A DNA stretch of 64,000 nucleotides from an uncultured Candidatus Saccharibacteria bacterium (GCA_964561085.1 CAZLNP010000001.1:10213-74212); one strand, 5' to 3'. Positions 9,458 through 19,185 are shown, counted from the stretch's first letter. The notes: generated from the sequence alone by a model not told the origin. Made by a program: numbers and translations.

Positions 9458-10705
9458 CTATGGCATAATGGTCTTGAACCATTTCTTCAATTTTACCACA
9501 TTTTCACTTTCCAACAAACCCTTAAATGGCTTACTGAAACTAAAGTCAGAAAAGCTTCCTGTGAAGTTGCTGCCCCACAAAGATAGCCCAACTACTGTGG
9601 CAAATGATGGATCTACAACTTGATCAATAATTGTATCTGTTTCGCTAGGCACACCAATACTAACAGGCAAACGCAAATAGTGTTTTGCGAATTCTACTGT
9701 ACCAGGAAGCACCGCTCCCCCACCAGTTAGAACAATTCCTGCTGGTAGTTTGCCATCACGATCAATTCGTTTTAATTCTGCTGTGATACGATCAAAAATT
9801 TCTTCCAAACGAGCCTCGATCATTTCTGCAACAAGTTGCTGCGAAACACGAGTCTCTTCTTCAGGATCAATTTTCGACATATCAATTTCAGCAAGCTTGT
9901 CTACAAGTTGAGGGCTTGCTTGTCCATACAAAGTTTTAACTTTTTCTGCTGTGTCGATTGTACAGCGAAGTCCAATCGCAATGTCATTTGTAATGTGCAT
10001 TGAACCGATTGGAATAATTGCAGTGTGAAGTAGATTATTTTCTTCGTAGACAGCAATACTTGTTGTACCTGCACCCAAATCGATAAGAGCCACGCCAAGT
10101 TCTTTCTGGCGCTTGTTCAAAACAGACTGAGCTGCAGCTAATGGAGAAAGCACTAATTGATCTACTTCTAATCCAGCTTGAGTGATGGCTTTATTCAAGT
10201 TCTTTAGGAACGGCAAAGCACCGTGGATAATAATCGTCTCCACTTCCAAGCGAATACCAGTCATACCAATTGGATCTTTGATGCCAGATTGACCGTCTAG
10301 AGTAAAGGTTTTCGGGATAACATGAATAACTTCACGGTTTGGTGGAATAGAAACAGCTTGAGATGCATCGATAACGCGAATAACATCATTCTCAGAAATT
10401 TCACCGTCAGCTCTCGAAACAGCAATAACACCTTTAGAATCCATACAAGAAATATGGTTGCCGCCGACTGAAACATTTGCGTGCGCAACTGGGACTCCAG
10501 TCATGCGTTCAACCTTTTCTAGCACTGCGGAAATTGAAGAAACAGCCTCATCGATATCTACGATGACGCCTTTGCGCAACCCGTTTGCAGGTACACTAGC
10601 GGCTCCAATAATATTGATGCGTCCAGTCTCTTCTAGTTTACCTTGGACGACGCGGATACTATCTGTTCCTACGTCCAAGCCAACGATGTATTGTTCTTTA
10701 GGCAT
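9458..10705 (-). CDS. ftsA: Cell division protein FtsA
   Basis: GLDVGT, IDLGAGTT, VLTGGGA; directly upstream of ftsZ. Confidence 0.97.
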   Translation of the reverse strand: MPKEQYIVGLDVGTDSIRVVQGKLEETGRINIIGAASVPANGLRKGVIVDIDEAVSSISAVLEKVERMTGVPVAHANVSVGGNHISCMDSKGVIAVSRADGEISENDVIRVIDASQAVSIPPNREVIHVIPKTFTLDGQSGIKDPIGMTGIRLEVETIIIHGALPFLKNLNKAITQAGLEVDQLVLSPLAAAQSVLNKRQKELGVALIDLGAGTTSIAVYEENNLLHTAIIPIGSMHITNDIAIGLRCTIDTAEKVKTLYGQASPQLVDKLAEIDMSKIDPEEETRVSQQLVAEMIEARLEEIFDRITAELKRIDRDGKLPAGIVLTGGGAVLPGTVEFAKHYLRLPVSIGVPSETDTIIDQVVDPSFATVVGLSLWGSNFTGSFSDFSFSKPFKGLLESENVVKLKKWFKTIMP

Positions 10706-10732
10706 TCTTTGTTTTTCTACTTAGTTTCGAGT

Positions 10733-11173
10733 CTAGCTCAGTTTTTCTTTTAAGAGTTTTGCTACAAGTGCACCATCAGCAGTGTTGCCGAAATGCCCTT
10801 TTAGCACACCCATGGCTTGGCCAAAATCTGCTTTTGTCCATCCAGCTTCAGCAATCTTTGCATCGATTACTTTGGCTATTTCTTCTTCACTAACTTGTTC
10901 AGGTAAAAATACTGATAATACTTTTAGTTCAGCTTCTTCTTTATCTGCGGCTTCAGTTCGGCCAGCATCGCGGAAAGCAAGAGCTGCTTCTTTGCGACGC
11001 TTAGCCTCTGATTGAACCAATACTAAAATATCAGCTTCGGAAAGTTCCGAGCCTTTAGAAATTTGTTCATTTTGAATTCTGGTTTTAAGTGCGCGAAGTG
11101 TCTCAACAGTGATTTGCTCACGGGCCTTAACAGCAGTCTGCAATGCAGCTTCTACCTCAGAAAGATTTAGCAT
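10733..11173 (-). CDS. GatB/YqeY domain protein
   Basis: K.R.EA...F..AGR...A..E..E..VL..FLP pattern; follows rpsU. Confidence 0.9.
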   Translation of the reverse strand: MLNLSEVEAALQTAVKAREQITVETLRALKTRIQNEQISKGSELSEADILVLVQSEAKRRKEAALAFRDAGRTEAADKEEAELKVLSVFLPEQVSEEEIAKVIDAKIAEAGWTKADFGQAMGVLKGHFGNTADGALVAKLLKEKLS

Positions 11174-11188
11174 GAATTTTTGTTTAGT

Positions 11189-11425
11189 TTAACGACGGCC
11201 GCGAGATGGTTTAACGGGTTTTCCTAGGCGCTTTAGTTCTTCACGAACAATACGCATTTCAGAGCGACGTTGTGCATCTGTACGCAATAAATTACGGCTT
11301 CGTTCCGGCGCGAAAAAGCGCGTCTTACGAGCACGGATTAAAACACCGCTTTGTTGAATCTTACGATTAAAACGGCGTAGTAGGTTATCAAATGATTCGT
11401 TGTCTTTACGTTTTACTTCTACCAA
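11189..11425 (-). CDS. rpsU: 30S ribosomal protein bS21 (TTG start)
   Basis: VEVKRKDNESFDNLLRRFNRK; basic; upstream of yqeY. Confidence 0.9.
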   Translation of the reverse strand: MVEVKRKDNESFDNLLRRFNRKIQQSGVLIRARKTRFFAPERSRNLLRTDAQRRSEMRIVREELKRLGKPVKPSRGRR

Positions 11426-11569
11426 AAAAATTCACCTCAGTTCATATATATGGGCATATCATGGCTCCAACGCGCTACTTACCACAAAGTATATAGTAAG
11501 CAAAACACGCCTCGCTGTGATATGACGACCTTAATCTGTCGTTATTATACGTCATTTCCTGGTAAAAGG

Positions 11570-12106
11570 TCAAGAATTGATAAAAGGTCGGGCTAAACTT
11601 AGCGCGGCGATAGTTTGTGCATCAGTAATTTCACCGCTATCAATCATTTTGTAAGCTTTCTTTATTGGCACGGTCATCACTTGTTCTATACCCTCTTCAG
11701 CTTGTTCATTATCAGCTAATATTGATAAATCTTGAGCAACATAAACGTAGCCAATCTCGTCTGAAATTCCAGCGAAGGCTTGAAATTTTCCAACTAAACT
11801 CCACCGCTTACCAGTAAGACCTGCTTCCTCTCGCAATTCTCTTTTTGCGGCAAGTAAAGGTTTTTGGTTTTCACTTCCACCACCAGGTAATTCAATGGAT
11901 GTCGTATTTGTTGTATATCTATAAAGCTTGATCAAGTAAATTTCATTTTTTTGATTCAATGCAATAACATAAACAGCTGGGGGTAATACCACCACATTCC
12001 ATACTCCTTTCTTACCATTAGGAGTGATTACTTTATCTTGACGTACGGAATACCAATTATTTTTGTGAACTGTTTTAGAAGATAATTTTTTCCAAGGGTT
12101 TTTCAT
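11570..12106 (-). CDS. NUDIX hydrolase (ADP-ribose pyrophosphatase-like)
   Basis: GG.....PLLAAKRELREEAGL Nudix box; start moved to MKNPW. Confidence 0.9.
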   Translation of the reverse strand: MKNPWKKLSSKTVHKNNWYSVRQDKVITPNGKKGVWNVVVLPPAVYVIALNQKNEIYLIKLYRYTTNTTSIELPGGGSENQKPLLAAKRELREEAGLTGKRWSLVGKFQAFAGISDEIGYVYVAQDLSILADNEQAEEGIEQVMTVPIKKAYKMIDSGEITDAQTIAALSLARPFINS

Positions 12107-12179
12107 ATATGAATATGATACCAAATCCAATATAAAAAGTATTGCCTGCTTAGTCAATACTTTTTATTTAAGCTTAAAT

Positions 12180-12635
12180 TTATTCTCCCCTGATCCTAGC
12201 TGCTAACACCTTAAGCTTTTCATCATCTTCGCGCTTATAATCGTGAGAAGAAATGTAACCTTCGTATTTTTCAAAGTACTTATCAATCGAGGATTCAATT
12301 GGTTTCCATTCAGGGATATTTGTACCATGCATCGGATAAAGCTTGGCATGGATGTGATCCACTCCAAATCCTTCAAATACCATGGCAGTGCGGCCAACAT
12401 CCTCTAACTTTGAGTCCAACAACTTGGCTACTTTCTTAGTTGCGACCATCAAATTAGCAAGGACATCATCTGGCAGATCAAAAGCATAACTTGGATAATG
12501 CTTTTTAGGAATTACTACACTAACACCTTCTGTGTTTGGGAATATGGTTAGGAAGGCTAAATGCGCATCATCTTCCCAAATGCGGTGTGAGGGTAACTCT
12601 TCTTTTATAATTTTGCAAAATATACATTCATTCAT
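12180..12635 (-). CDS. HIT family hydrolase
   Basis: CIFCKII, VDHIHAKLYP. Confidence 0.88.
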   Translation of the reverse strand: MNECIFCKIIKEELPSHRIWEDDAHLAFLTIFPNTEGVSVVIPKKHYPSYAFDLPDDVLANLMVATKKVAKLLDSKLEDVGRTAMVFEGFGVDHIHAKLYPMHGTNIPEWKPIESSIDKYFEKYEGYISSHDYKREDDEKLKVLAARIRGE

Positions 12636-12650
12636 ATATTTATGATAACA

Positions 12651-12674
12651 AAAAATCGCCCTAAGGGCGATTTT
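12651..12674. terminator. Intrinsic terminator hairpin
   Basis: AAAATCGCCC-TAA-GGGCGATTTT. Confidence 0.7.
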
Positions 12675-12678
12675 AGAT

Positions 12679-13023
12679 TTACTCTTCTAGTTGTTTTCCG
12701 CCTAGCAAGTGGATATGAAGGTGATTAATAATCTGACCGCCTTCTTTACCATTATTCCATACTAATTTATAGCCGCTCTTATCAATTCCTGTTTCCGTAG
12801 CGTAGTCTCTAGAGATTAGGATCATTTCTGCAATAAGATCCGCATCATCTTTACTTAGTTCGTTCATTGAAGGAATATGCTTCTTTGAAATCACTTGAAC
12901 GTGCACCGGAGCCTTTGGCATGATATCTTGAATGATTAAAGCATTCTCAGTTTCGTGCAAAATATTTGATGCGGCTGTGCGATTAGCGATGCTGCAAAAA
13001 ATGCAGTCTGGGTTGATGTCCAT
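12679..13023 (-). CDS. Histidine triad nucleotide-binding protein (HinT-like)
   Basis: CIFC, GQIINHLHIHLLGG. Confidence 0.92.
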   Translation of the reverse strand: MDINPDCIFCSIANRTAASNILHETENALIIQDIMPKAPVHVQVISKKHIPSMNELSKDDADLIAEMILISRDYATETGIDKSGYKLVWNNGKEGGQIINHLHIHLLGGKQLEE

Positions 13024-13027
13024 ATTT

Positions 13028-14329
13028 TTATCTTTCTAAACGTTTTTTAACTTCTACAATAATTTTATCATATGAGAAGACTTCCTGCATGCCAGATTTA
13101 ACATCACGTAGAATTACCATATCATCCATAGCTTCCTTCTGACCCATAATTAGAGCAATTGGCGCTTTGCTTTCTTCAGCAAGCTTAAGTTGGTTCTTAA
13201 CACCCACTGTACCGAAGTGGTCATGAACTTTAACATCAACCGCAATCAAGTCGCGGAACAAGCGAAGACTACGCTTTGAGGCTAACTCCCCTAGTGGGAC
13301 TAGGAATACTTCGCTGTGAATTTCATGTTTAGCTTCGATTTCAGAAAGCTCCATTGCACGAGACAATCCTGAAAGGCTACCACTAAAACCGAACGCAGGC
13401 ATAGGCTTGCCAGTAATATTCTTCAAAAGCAATTCATGATGAGCCGCTTCACCAATTACAATAGTTTCATTTCCTTTTTTATATTTGATAACTAGGCTTG
13501 TACCACTGGACCCTTCTGGGCCAACATACAATTGGTTAAGCTGATACGGAAGGCTTAGTTCATCAAGAGCTTCTAATATGTCAGTAAAGCGCTTCTTCTC
13601 GTTTGGAGCTAAGAAGTCTACTATTGCGGGAGCTTCTGCTGTTAAAAGCTGACAGCCAACTTTGTCGCATCGTAAAACGTTTAGAACTCGGCCCTGTAAA
13701 TGATTATTACAATCTTCACACAGCTCAAAATCTTTACCTTTTAAGAAATCTTTAAGGACGTTCGAATAAGCGGTCTGCACTGCGGCATCGCCCATAGTGT
13801 TAATTTCTAGGCTAACATCTTCACTCAAACCTAGGCGCTGTGTTAAATCCCAAATTGCACTAACTACCTGGGCTTCTGTTAAATGATTAAAAGTACCTAA
13901 TACTTCTAATCCAAATTGATAGCTAAAGTGCACGGCTTGGCGTTCATCAATTTCCGCGACATTGCCAATGTACAACCACTTTGATAGAGATTGTTCATCT
14001 AGCTGAGTCTTGTTTTGAACATAATGACGGAGTACTGAAGGCAACACTGCAGAACGAACACCTAGAGCTTTACCTCCTGTTTGAGCATAAAGAATTCTTT
14101 CTAAAGCTTGAGGTTGGTTCTTGTAAAAATCTGTGTAAACTTTTTCTTCTTCTAGAATTGCTGTTTCAACCGGCTGAAATCCGTAAAGCTGCGCAACAGT
14201 GCGAAGCTGATGCATAATAGTACTCCAATAAGGATTTGTCTGAGTTACAATATCTCTCAAGCCAGTGACTGCACCAGCTTTGGGTAATTTAGGAGTGACT
14301 ACGATTGTTTTCTTAGCAATTTTTTGCAT
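13028..14329 (-). CDS. HisRS-like protein with degenerate catalytic motifs and intact anticodon-binding domain
   Basis: HisRS layout (G.RD, YGF..VETAILE, QFGLEVLG, CxxC...CxxxxC insertion, C-terminal KNQLKLAE...ALIMG) but motif-2 arginines, RGLDYY and GGRYD are absent. Confidence 0.8.
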   Translation of the reverse strand: MQKIAKKTIVVTPKLPKAGAVTGLRDIVTQTNPYWSTIMHQLRTVAQLYGFQPVETAILEEEKVYTDFYKNQPQALERILYAQTGGKALGVRSAVLPSVLRHYVQNKTQLDEQSLSKWLYIGNVAEIDERQAVHFSYQFGLEVLGTFNHLTEAQVVSAIWDLTQRLGLSEDVSLEINTMGDAAVQTAYSNVLKDFLKGKDFELCEDCNNHLQGRVLNVLRCDKVGCQLLTAEAPAIVDFLAPNEKKRFTDILEALDELSLPYQLNQLYVGPEGSSGTSLVIKYKKGNETIVIGEAAHHELLLKNITGKPMPAFGFSGSLSGLSRAMELSEIEAKHEIHSEVFLVPLGELASKRSLRLFRDLIAVDVKVHDHFGTVGVKNQLKLAEESKAPIALIMGQKEAMDDMVILRDVKSGMQEVFSYDKIIVEVKKRLER

Positions 14330-14355
14330 CTATTGTAATGTAAGTTGTTTAAAAT

Positions 14356-14967
14356 TTACTTGAAAGTGGCTAATGGAAATTCTGGTGATCCGAAAGCGTC
14401 TAACGGGAAAACTCTTAGCCAAGCTGTCCCAACAATGTCGTGCTTCGGCAGTATCCCCCACACTCTGGAGTCACTGGAAGCTAAGCGGTTATCACCCAAC
14501 ACATAGTATTCATCGCTACCCAGAGTCACCAATTCATCTTTTCCAAAAGTAATGTCTTGGTTAGAAAGATATGGCTCTTCTAACACAGATCCATTTGGAT
14601 ACTCACTATTATATACATATACTTTCCCATTTTCTACTTTAACTTTTTCACCAGGCAAACCAATGACGCGCTTGATGAAATACTGAGAAGTATCTTTCGG
14701 ATAGCGGAATACAATTACATCACCGCGAGCAGGTTCATTGAAGCGATAGGAAACTTTATTTACAACTAAGTATTCTCGGTTGTGGAAGTTTGGAACCATG
14801 GAAGAACCGGATACGATAAATGGTTCAGCTACAAAAAACCGGAATCCTATCATCACTACAAAGGCGATAATAACGATTCTGGCTAACTCCCAGAGAAACG
14901 AGCCAACGGAAGCATTTTTTTCCGGAGGTGTTTCTACACTTTCAATTTCAACGTGGTTTACAGACAT
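14356..14967 (-). CDS. lepB: Signal peptidase I
   Basis: GSSMVPN, IKRVIGLPG, GDNRLASSDSR. Confidence 0.96.
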   Translation of the reverse strand: MSVNHVEIESVETPPEKNASVGSFLWELARIVIIAFVVMIGFRFFVAEPFIVSGSSMVPNFHNREYLVVNKVSYRFNEPARGDVIVFRYPKDTSQYFIKRVIGLPGEKVKVENGKVYVYNSEYPNGSVLEEPYLSNQDITFGKDELVTLGSDEYYVLGDNRLASSDSRVWGILPKHDIVGTAWLRVFPLDAFGSPEFPLATFK

Positions 14968-15096
14968 ATTTTATTTCTTTATAAAGCTAAATAACATATG
15001 AACTATACCACCCTGAGACGGTCGGTGCAAGGGCTATAAAGACTAGCTGAGAATGCTTATTTCAGCTATAATACCCGAGTACATTTCAAAGATTTT

Positions 15097-16539
15097 ATGA
15101 AGCAACCAGAAATTATTATCAAAAATGTTGGCGACAATGGGAGCCAAAACAATCCACCAAAAATGAACCGGTTAATGCCTGAACCAAAACCTCCAGGCAA
15201 ATCAACAGGTAAAAGACTCCTTAAGTGGCTGATAATAATCATTATAGTAGCGGGAATTGGATTAGGTGGATGGATGGCATTACGAGCTTCTGGATTAGCT
15301 AATAAAATTTTCGTAGGGCAAGATACTAGCGTATTCGGCAGATTGACCGATTTGATTTCTAGTCAGACCGGTGGCTCCAAACTAGATGGCGAAAACGAAG
15401 GTCAAGTAAACATTTTGCTTTTAGGTATTGGTGGACCAGGGCATGACGGCCCTTATCTTTCCGACACAATCATCGTGGCTCAACTCAGACCGAAAGAGAA
15501 AAAAGCTACAATGATTTCTATCCCCCGAGATTACTTGGTAAATACTAAGGAAATTGGACAACGCAAAATTAATGCTGTCTTCGCAGAGAGCTATCAGAAA
15601 AATAAAAATTGGGATGAAGCTGGAAAAAGCATACGGGATGTTGTTTCCAATATTAGTGGTTTAGATATTCCCTATTTTGCAGTAATGGACTTTAAGGGAT
15701 TTGAAAAATCCATCGATCTTTTAGACGGTATTGATGTTCAAATCGATCGTACTTTCACAGACTACACTTTCCCAAATAGCACCGAAGGATATTTACCTGC
15801 TGTTACCTTTAAAGAAGGGCAAGAACGCATGGATGGCGAACGTGCTTTGATCTTTGCTCGTTCACGTCATGCAGCCGGTGAAGAAGGAACAGACTATGCG
15901 CGTAGTGTACGCCAACAAAAAATTATTCAAGCTGCGAAAAATAAAGTTGTTTCTCTGAATCTAATTGCCGATGCTGGCAAGATTAATGAACTGTTCACAG
16001 TTATTGGTGATAGTTTCCATACCAACATGTCCCCTGGTCAAATGCTTCGAGCTTATAACATCACCAAAGATTTTGGCGATGACCAAACCATTAGCTTAAG
16101 CCTTGATCCAGAAAGTGGTTTAATTTGTCCTCAAACTTTGGAAGAAAGCGGTGCGTTCGTCTTAACAGTTTGTCCAAGCAAAACTACTGCTGATATTCAA
16201 GATTACTTTAAAAACAGTTTCTCTACTGGGCAGCTAACATCTGAAAAAGCTACTGTTTGGCTAGCAGATAGTAGTGTTACTGGAAAACTGTATAAAAAAG
16301 CTGAGACGGAACTAAACAACGCTGGTCTAACTGTTTACAAAGTTGTATACGGCGGCAAACCTCTAAATCAAACTGTTGTTTACACCGTTAACGACAAACC
16401 TACTACTGCGGAATTCATAACCGGCAAACTAGATGCCAGCCCAGTATCACTTCCCCCTCCTGGAATTAAAATTGACCCAAATAAAGTTGATGTGATTGTC
16501 ATTCTTGGCAGTCCTGACGCAGCTGCAACGACTAAATAA
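15097..16539 (+). CDS. LCP (LytR-CpsA-Psr) family protein
   Basis: NILLLG, SDTII, SIPRD, ARSRH, RQQKII; N-terminal TM helix. Confidence 0.92.
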   Translation: MKQPEIIIKNVGDNGSQNNPPKMNRLMPEPKPPGKSTGKRLLKWLIIIIIVAGIGLGGWMALRASGLANKIFVGQDTSVFGRLTDLISSQTGGSKLDGENEGQVNILLLGIGGPGHDGPYLSDTIIVAQLRPKEKKATMISIPRDYLVNTKEIGQRKINAVFAESYQKNKNWDEAGKSIRDVVSNISGLDIPYFAVMDFKGFEKSIDLLDGIDVQIDRTFTDYTFPNSTEGYLPAVTFKEGQERMDGERALIFARSRHAAGEEGTDYARSVRQQKIIQAAKNKVVSLNLIADAGKINELFTVIGDSFHTNMSPGQMLRAYNITKDFGDDQTISLSLDPESGLICPQTLEESGAFVLTVCPSKTTADIQDYFKNSFSTGQLTSEKATVWLADSSVTGKLYKKAETELNNAGLTVYKVVYGGKPLNQTVVYTVNDKPTTAEFITGKLDASPVSLPPPGIKIDPNKVDVIVILGSPDAAATTK

Positions 16540-16544
16540 TTATT

Positions 16545-17861
16545 ATGTCCCAATTACCCTTACTTGCTATTGTTGGAGAGCCAAACGTAGGCAAGTCTAC
16601 ATTGATGAACAAGATTTACGGCGAACGAATCGCTGTGACTTCTGTTGTGGCCGGCACAACTCGTGACCGCCAATACCTCGATACCGTCTGGAACGGCGTT
16701 GATTTTACTATGGTAGACACTGCAGGCGTTTCTTTCGGCGACAAGCAAGAACTAGAGGCCGAACTTTTAGAGCAAATTGATGTTGCTACCGAAGAAGCGA
16801 ACATGCTTCTCTTGGTTGTAGACGGAAAAGAAGATGTTGATGCAATTGACCGCAAAGCCATTCTTAAATTCCGTAAAATTAAAAAGCCAATTGTAGTGGC
16901 TGTAAACAAACTAGACTCTCCGAAAAACTTGGAAGCAATTACTGCACCATTTATGCGTTTAGGAATTAAAAATGTCTTCCCTGTATCTGCTCAAACAGGC
17001 CGCGGGATTGGTGACTTACTAGACCAGATCGCTCTAGAGCTTAAGAAGATTGCCGTACCAAAGAAGAATCCTTCTACAGGGATTGCAGTGAGCATTGTTG
17101 GTAAGCCAAATGTAGGCAAATCTAGCTTAATGAACAAAATTCTTGGTGAAGAACGTGTAATAGTTTCCCCTATCGCTGGGACCACTCGCACAGCAATCGA
17201 CACTCGCACTAAAATAGATAATCAAGTTTATACTTTTATTGATACAGCCGGATTAAAACGCAAAGGTTACCGACAAAAACAACCAGATGTATTCTCTGGT
17301 TTCCAAACATTTAAATCTATACGTCGTAGCGACGTTGTGTTCTTCTTGATCGATGTGAACGAACCTATCACTAAACAGGACCAAGTTATAGCTGGTGAAA
17401 TTTTTGATCTATCTAAAGGTGTGATTATTATTGCGAACAAGTTAGATATTTACGATGGTAAAGAGAAAGAATTAAAAGATTACATCTCGCTGCATTTCCC
17501 TTTCCTATGGTTCTCTCCAGTATTCACTCTGTCTGCCAAAACAGGAAAAGGTATTCAAGAAGCAATTGATGCGATTAAACCAATTTACGAGAATCGCCAA
17601 AAAGTAATTCCTCAGGAAAAGCTTGATATGGTGCTAGCTCAAACCATTAAGACTAACCCACCAAAACGTTTGCGTGATCAACGTGAACCAAAAGTTCATG
17701 GCCTAACTCAAGTAGATACTAATCCTCCACTATTCCGTTTGGAAGTAAATCGTTCAGGTGCAATCTCTACTCAGTATCGCCGCTTCTTGTTGAAGCATTT
17801 AATTAAACGCCTAGATCTTTGGGGCACACCAATTAAATTGCAGATACATCAGAAAGAATAA
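16545..17861 (+). CDS. der: Ribosome biogenesis GTPase Der
   Basis: Two G domains (G.PNVGKS, DTAG, NKLD) plus C-terminal KH-like domain. Confidence 0.96.
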   Translation: MSQLPLLAIVGEPNVGKSTLMNKIYGERIAVTSVVAGTTRDRQYLDTVWNGVDFTMVDTAGVSFGDKQELEAELLEQIDVATEEANMLLLVVDGKEDVDAIDRKAILKFRKIKKPIVVAVNKLDSPKNLEAITAPFMRLGIKNVFPVSAQTGRGIGDLLDQIALELKKIAVPKKNPSTGIAVSIVGKPNVGKSSLMNKILGEERVIVSPIAGTTRTAIDTRTKIDNQVYTFIDTAGLKRKGYRQKQPDVFSGFQTFKSIRRSDVVFFLIDVNEPITKQDQVIAGEIFDLSKGVIIIANKLDIYDGKEKELKDYISLHFPFLWFSPVFTLSAKTGKGIQEAIDAIKPIYENRQKVIPQEKLDMVLAQTIKTNPPKRLRDQREPKVHGLTQVDTNPPLFRLEVNRSGAISTQYRRFLLKHLIKRLDLWGTPIKLQIHQKE

Positions 17862-17888
17862 TACTGATATAATCACTTTATAATCAAT

Positions 17889-18428
17889 ATGAAACTAATC
17901 GTCGGCCTTGGAAATCCTGGAAATCAGTATGAGCAGACTCGTCACAACGCGGGATTTTTAGCTGTTGATTTTTTCTTGCGTAGCCATGGAGCAATTACGT
18001 GTCAAAGTAAGTTCAACGCCCAAATTTGTGAATATCATGAAAACGGCATGAAAGTATTTTTCATCAAGCCACAAAGCTTTATGAATCTGAGCGGTGAGGT
18101 GGTTCGCGAGATTACTGCCTTTTACAAAGTCGACCACGCGAATGACTTACTTGTACTCCATGATGAAAAAGATTTGCCATTCGGGGCTGTTAAAGAAGGT
18201 TTTGCTTCTGGCTCGGCAGGTCATAACGGTGTTCAGAATATAATCGATGAACTAGGCACAAAAGACTTTGCGAGAATCCGGATTGGCGTAGAAACTCGTC
18301 CACCAGACTCACCTATTCCAACTGATGTATTTGTATTACAGAAATTTGGGGAAACAGAGTTATCAAAACTTGAAGAAATTGTTTTCCCTGAGACCAATAT
18401 CATGATTAATAAGTTTATACATAGTTAA
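17889..18428 (+). CDS. pth: Peptidyl-tRNA hydrolase
   Basis: LIVGLGNPG, TRHNAGF, GHNG. Confidence 0.97.
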   Translation: MKLIVGLGNPGNQYEQTRHNAGFLAVDFFLRSHGAITCQSKFNAQICEYHENGMKVFFIKPQSFMNLSGEVVREITAFYKVDHANDLLVLHDEKDLPFGAVKEGFASGSAGHNGVQNIIDELGTKDFARIRIGVETRPPDSPIPTDVFVLQKFGETELSKLEEIVFPETNIMINKFIHS

Positions 18429-18431
18429 GTA

Positions 18432-18461
18432 TTGACCTACAGCAAATCTACATGGTACTAT
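18432..18461 (+). promoter_or_regulatory. Sigma70-type promoter pointing antisense into the PemK/MazF gene
   Basis: TTGACC-18 nt-TACTAT with extended TG; no plus-strand ORF follows. Confidence 0.55.
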
Positions 18462-18512
18462 TTAACTACAAATGGCTTAGGCCTCGCATTTGAATAAATC
18501 AAATGCAAAATA

Positions 18513-18905
18513 TTACTCAAATAAAGCTGCTACAAGGGCAGTTTTTATTTTTGCGAACGTTGCCTTATCAATCATGCCCATTTTCCTTAACAATCTTTTA
18601 GAATCTATAAGCCTTATTTGAGAAAAAATAGCAGACGATTCTCGATCACTAATTCTACCTATATAGAAATAATATTTCCCTATCTTCCTTTTTCCTGTCA
18701 TGGGTATTACTAATAATGAATCACGATTAAATCCTTTTAATATCAATACTGGGCGATCGTAATTTTGGCCGGTACCATCTTGTTCAGACCCTATATTAAT
18801 ACCAAGTGAACACCACCAAACTTCTCTCGGATGGTAATATGCTTTCTTTGGTTGGAAATTTATTTTCTTTTTAACTAAATTCCATTCGTCAAAACTTTTA
18901 TCCAT
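18513..18905 (-). CDS. PemK/MazF family endoribonuclease toxin (no adjacent protein antitoxin)
   Basis: EVWWCSLGINIGSEQDG..RPVLIL, IPMT, SQIRLIDSKRL. Confidence 0.88.
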   Translation of the reverse strand: MDKSFDEWNLVKKKINFQPKKAYYHPREVWWCSLGINIGSEQDGTGQNYDRPVLILKGFNRDSLLVIPMTGKRKIGKYYFYIGRISDRESSAIFSQIRLIDSKRLLRKMGMIDKATFAKIKTALVAALFE

Positions 18906-18961
18906 AACTTAAATATATAAATAAAGACATAAATTCTGGATAAAGTTTAATACTTAGAGGT

Positions 18962-19005
18962 AAACAAAAACGACCAACCGGATAACCGATTGGTCGTTTT
19001 TGTTT
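18962..19005 (-). terminator. Long intrinsic terminator upstream of the toxin gene
   Basis: 20-bp stem AAACAAAAACGACCAATCGG/CCGGTTGGTCGTTTTTGTTT with one G-U pair on the minus strand. Confidence 0.75.
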
Positions 19006-19180
19006 TATCTACACTACCCCACCTACAAGTGAGAACTAGGAAGCATACGCTTACAAGCTCTACTTAACCGCTAAAATCATTGAATAGGAGGGATGATCAA
19101 TGAATTCGCGACTTGCAAGTAGGATGGTATAGACAACTCGATTTTCGATGATCTATTTCTAGATTCGATCTTAAATCGTG
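18962..19180 (-). ncRNA. Candidate ~215-nt structured non-coding RNA, family unknown
   Basis: Promoter TTGACA-17-TATACT upstream, terminator downstream; long stems with G-U pairs that only work on the minus strand; loop UCAUCCCUCCUAU. Confidence 0.6.
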
Positions 19181-19185
19181 TTAGT

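Noticed and set aside
13028-14329. Pseudogene call for the second hisS
   Set aside because: ORF is full length with no stops or frameshifts and sits in an operon
19100-19132. Plus-strand AGGAGG followed by a 10-codon ORF (MNSRLASRMV)
   Set aside because: No plus-strand promoter seen; promoter, terminator and G-U orientation all favour a minus-strand RNA
18962-19180. Identification as tmRNA, RNase P RNA, SRP RNA or T-box
   Set aside because: None of the diagnostic sequence motifs is visible; 6S RNA cannot be excluded without a covariance search
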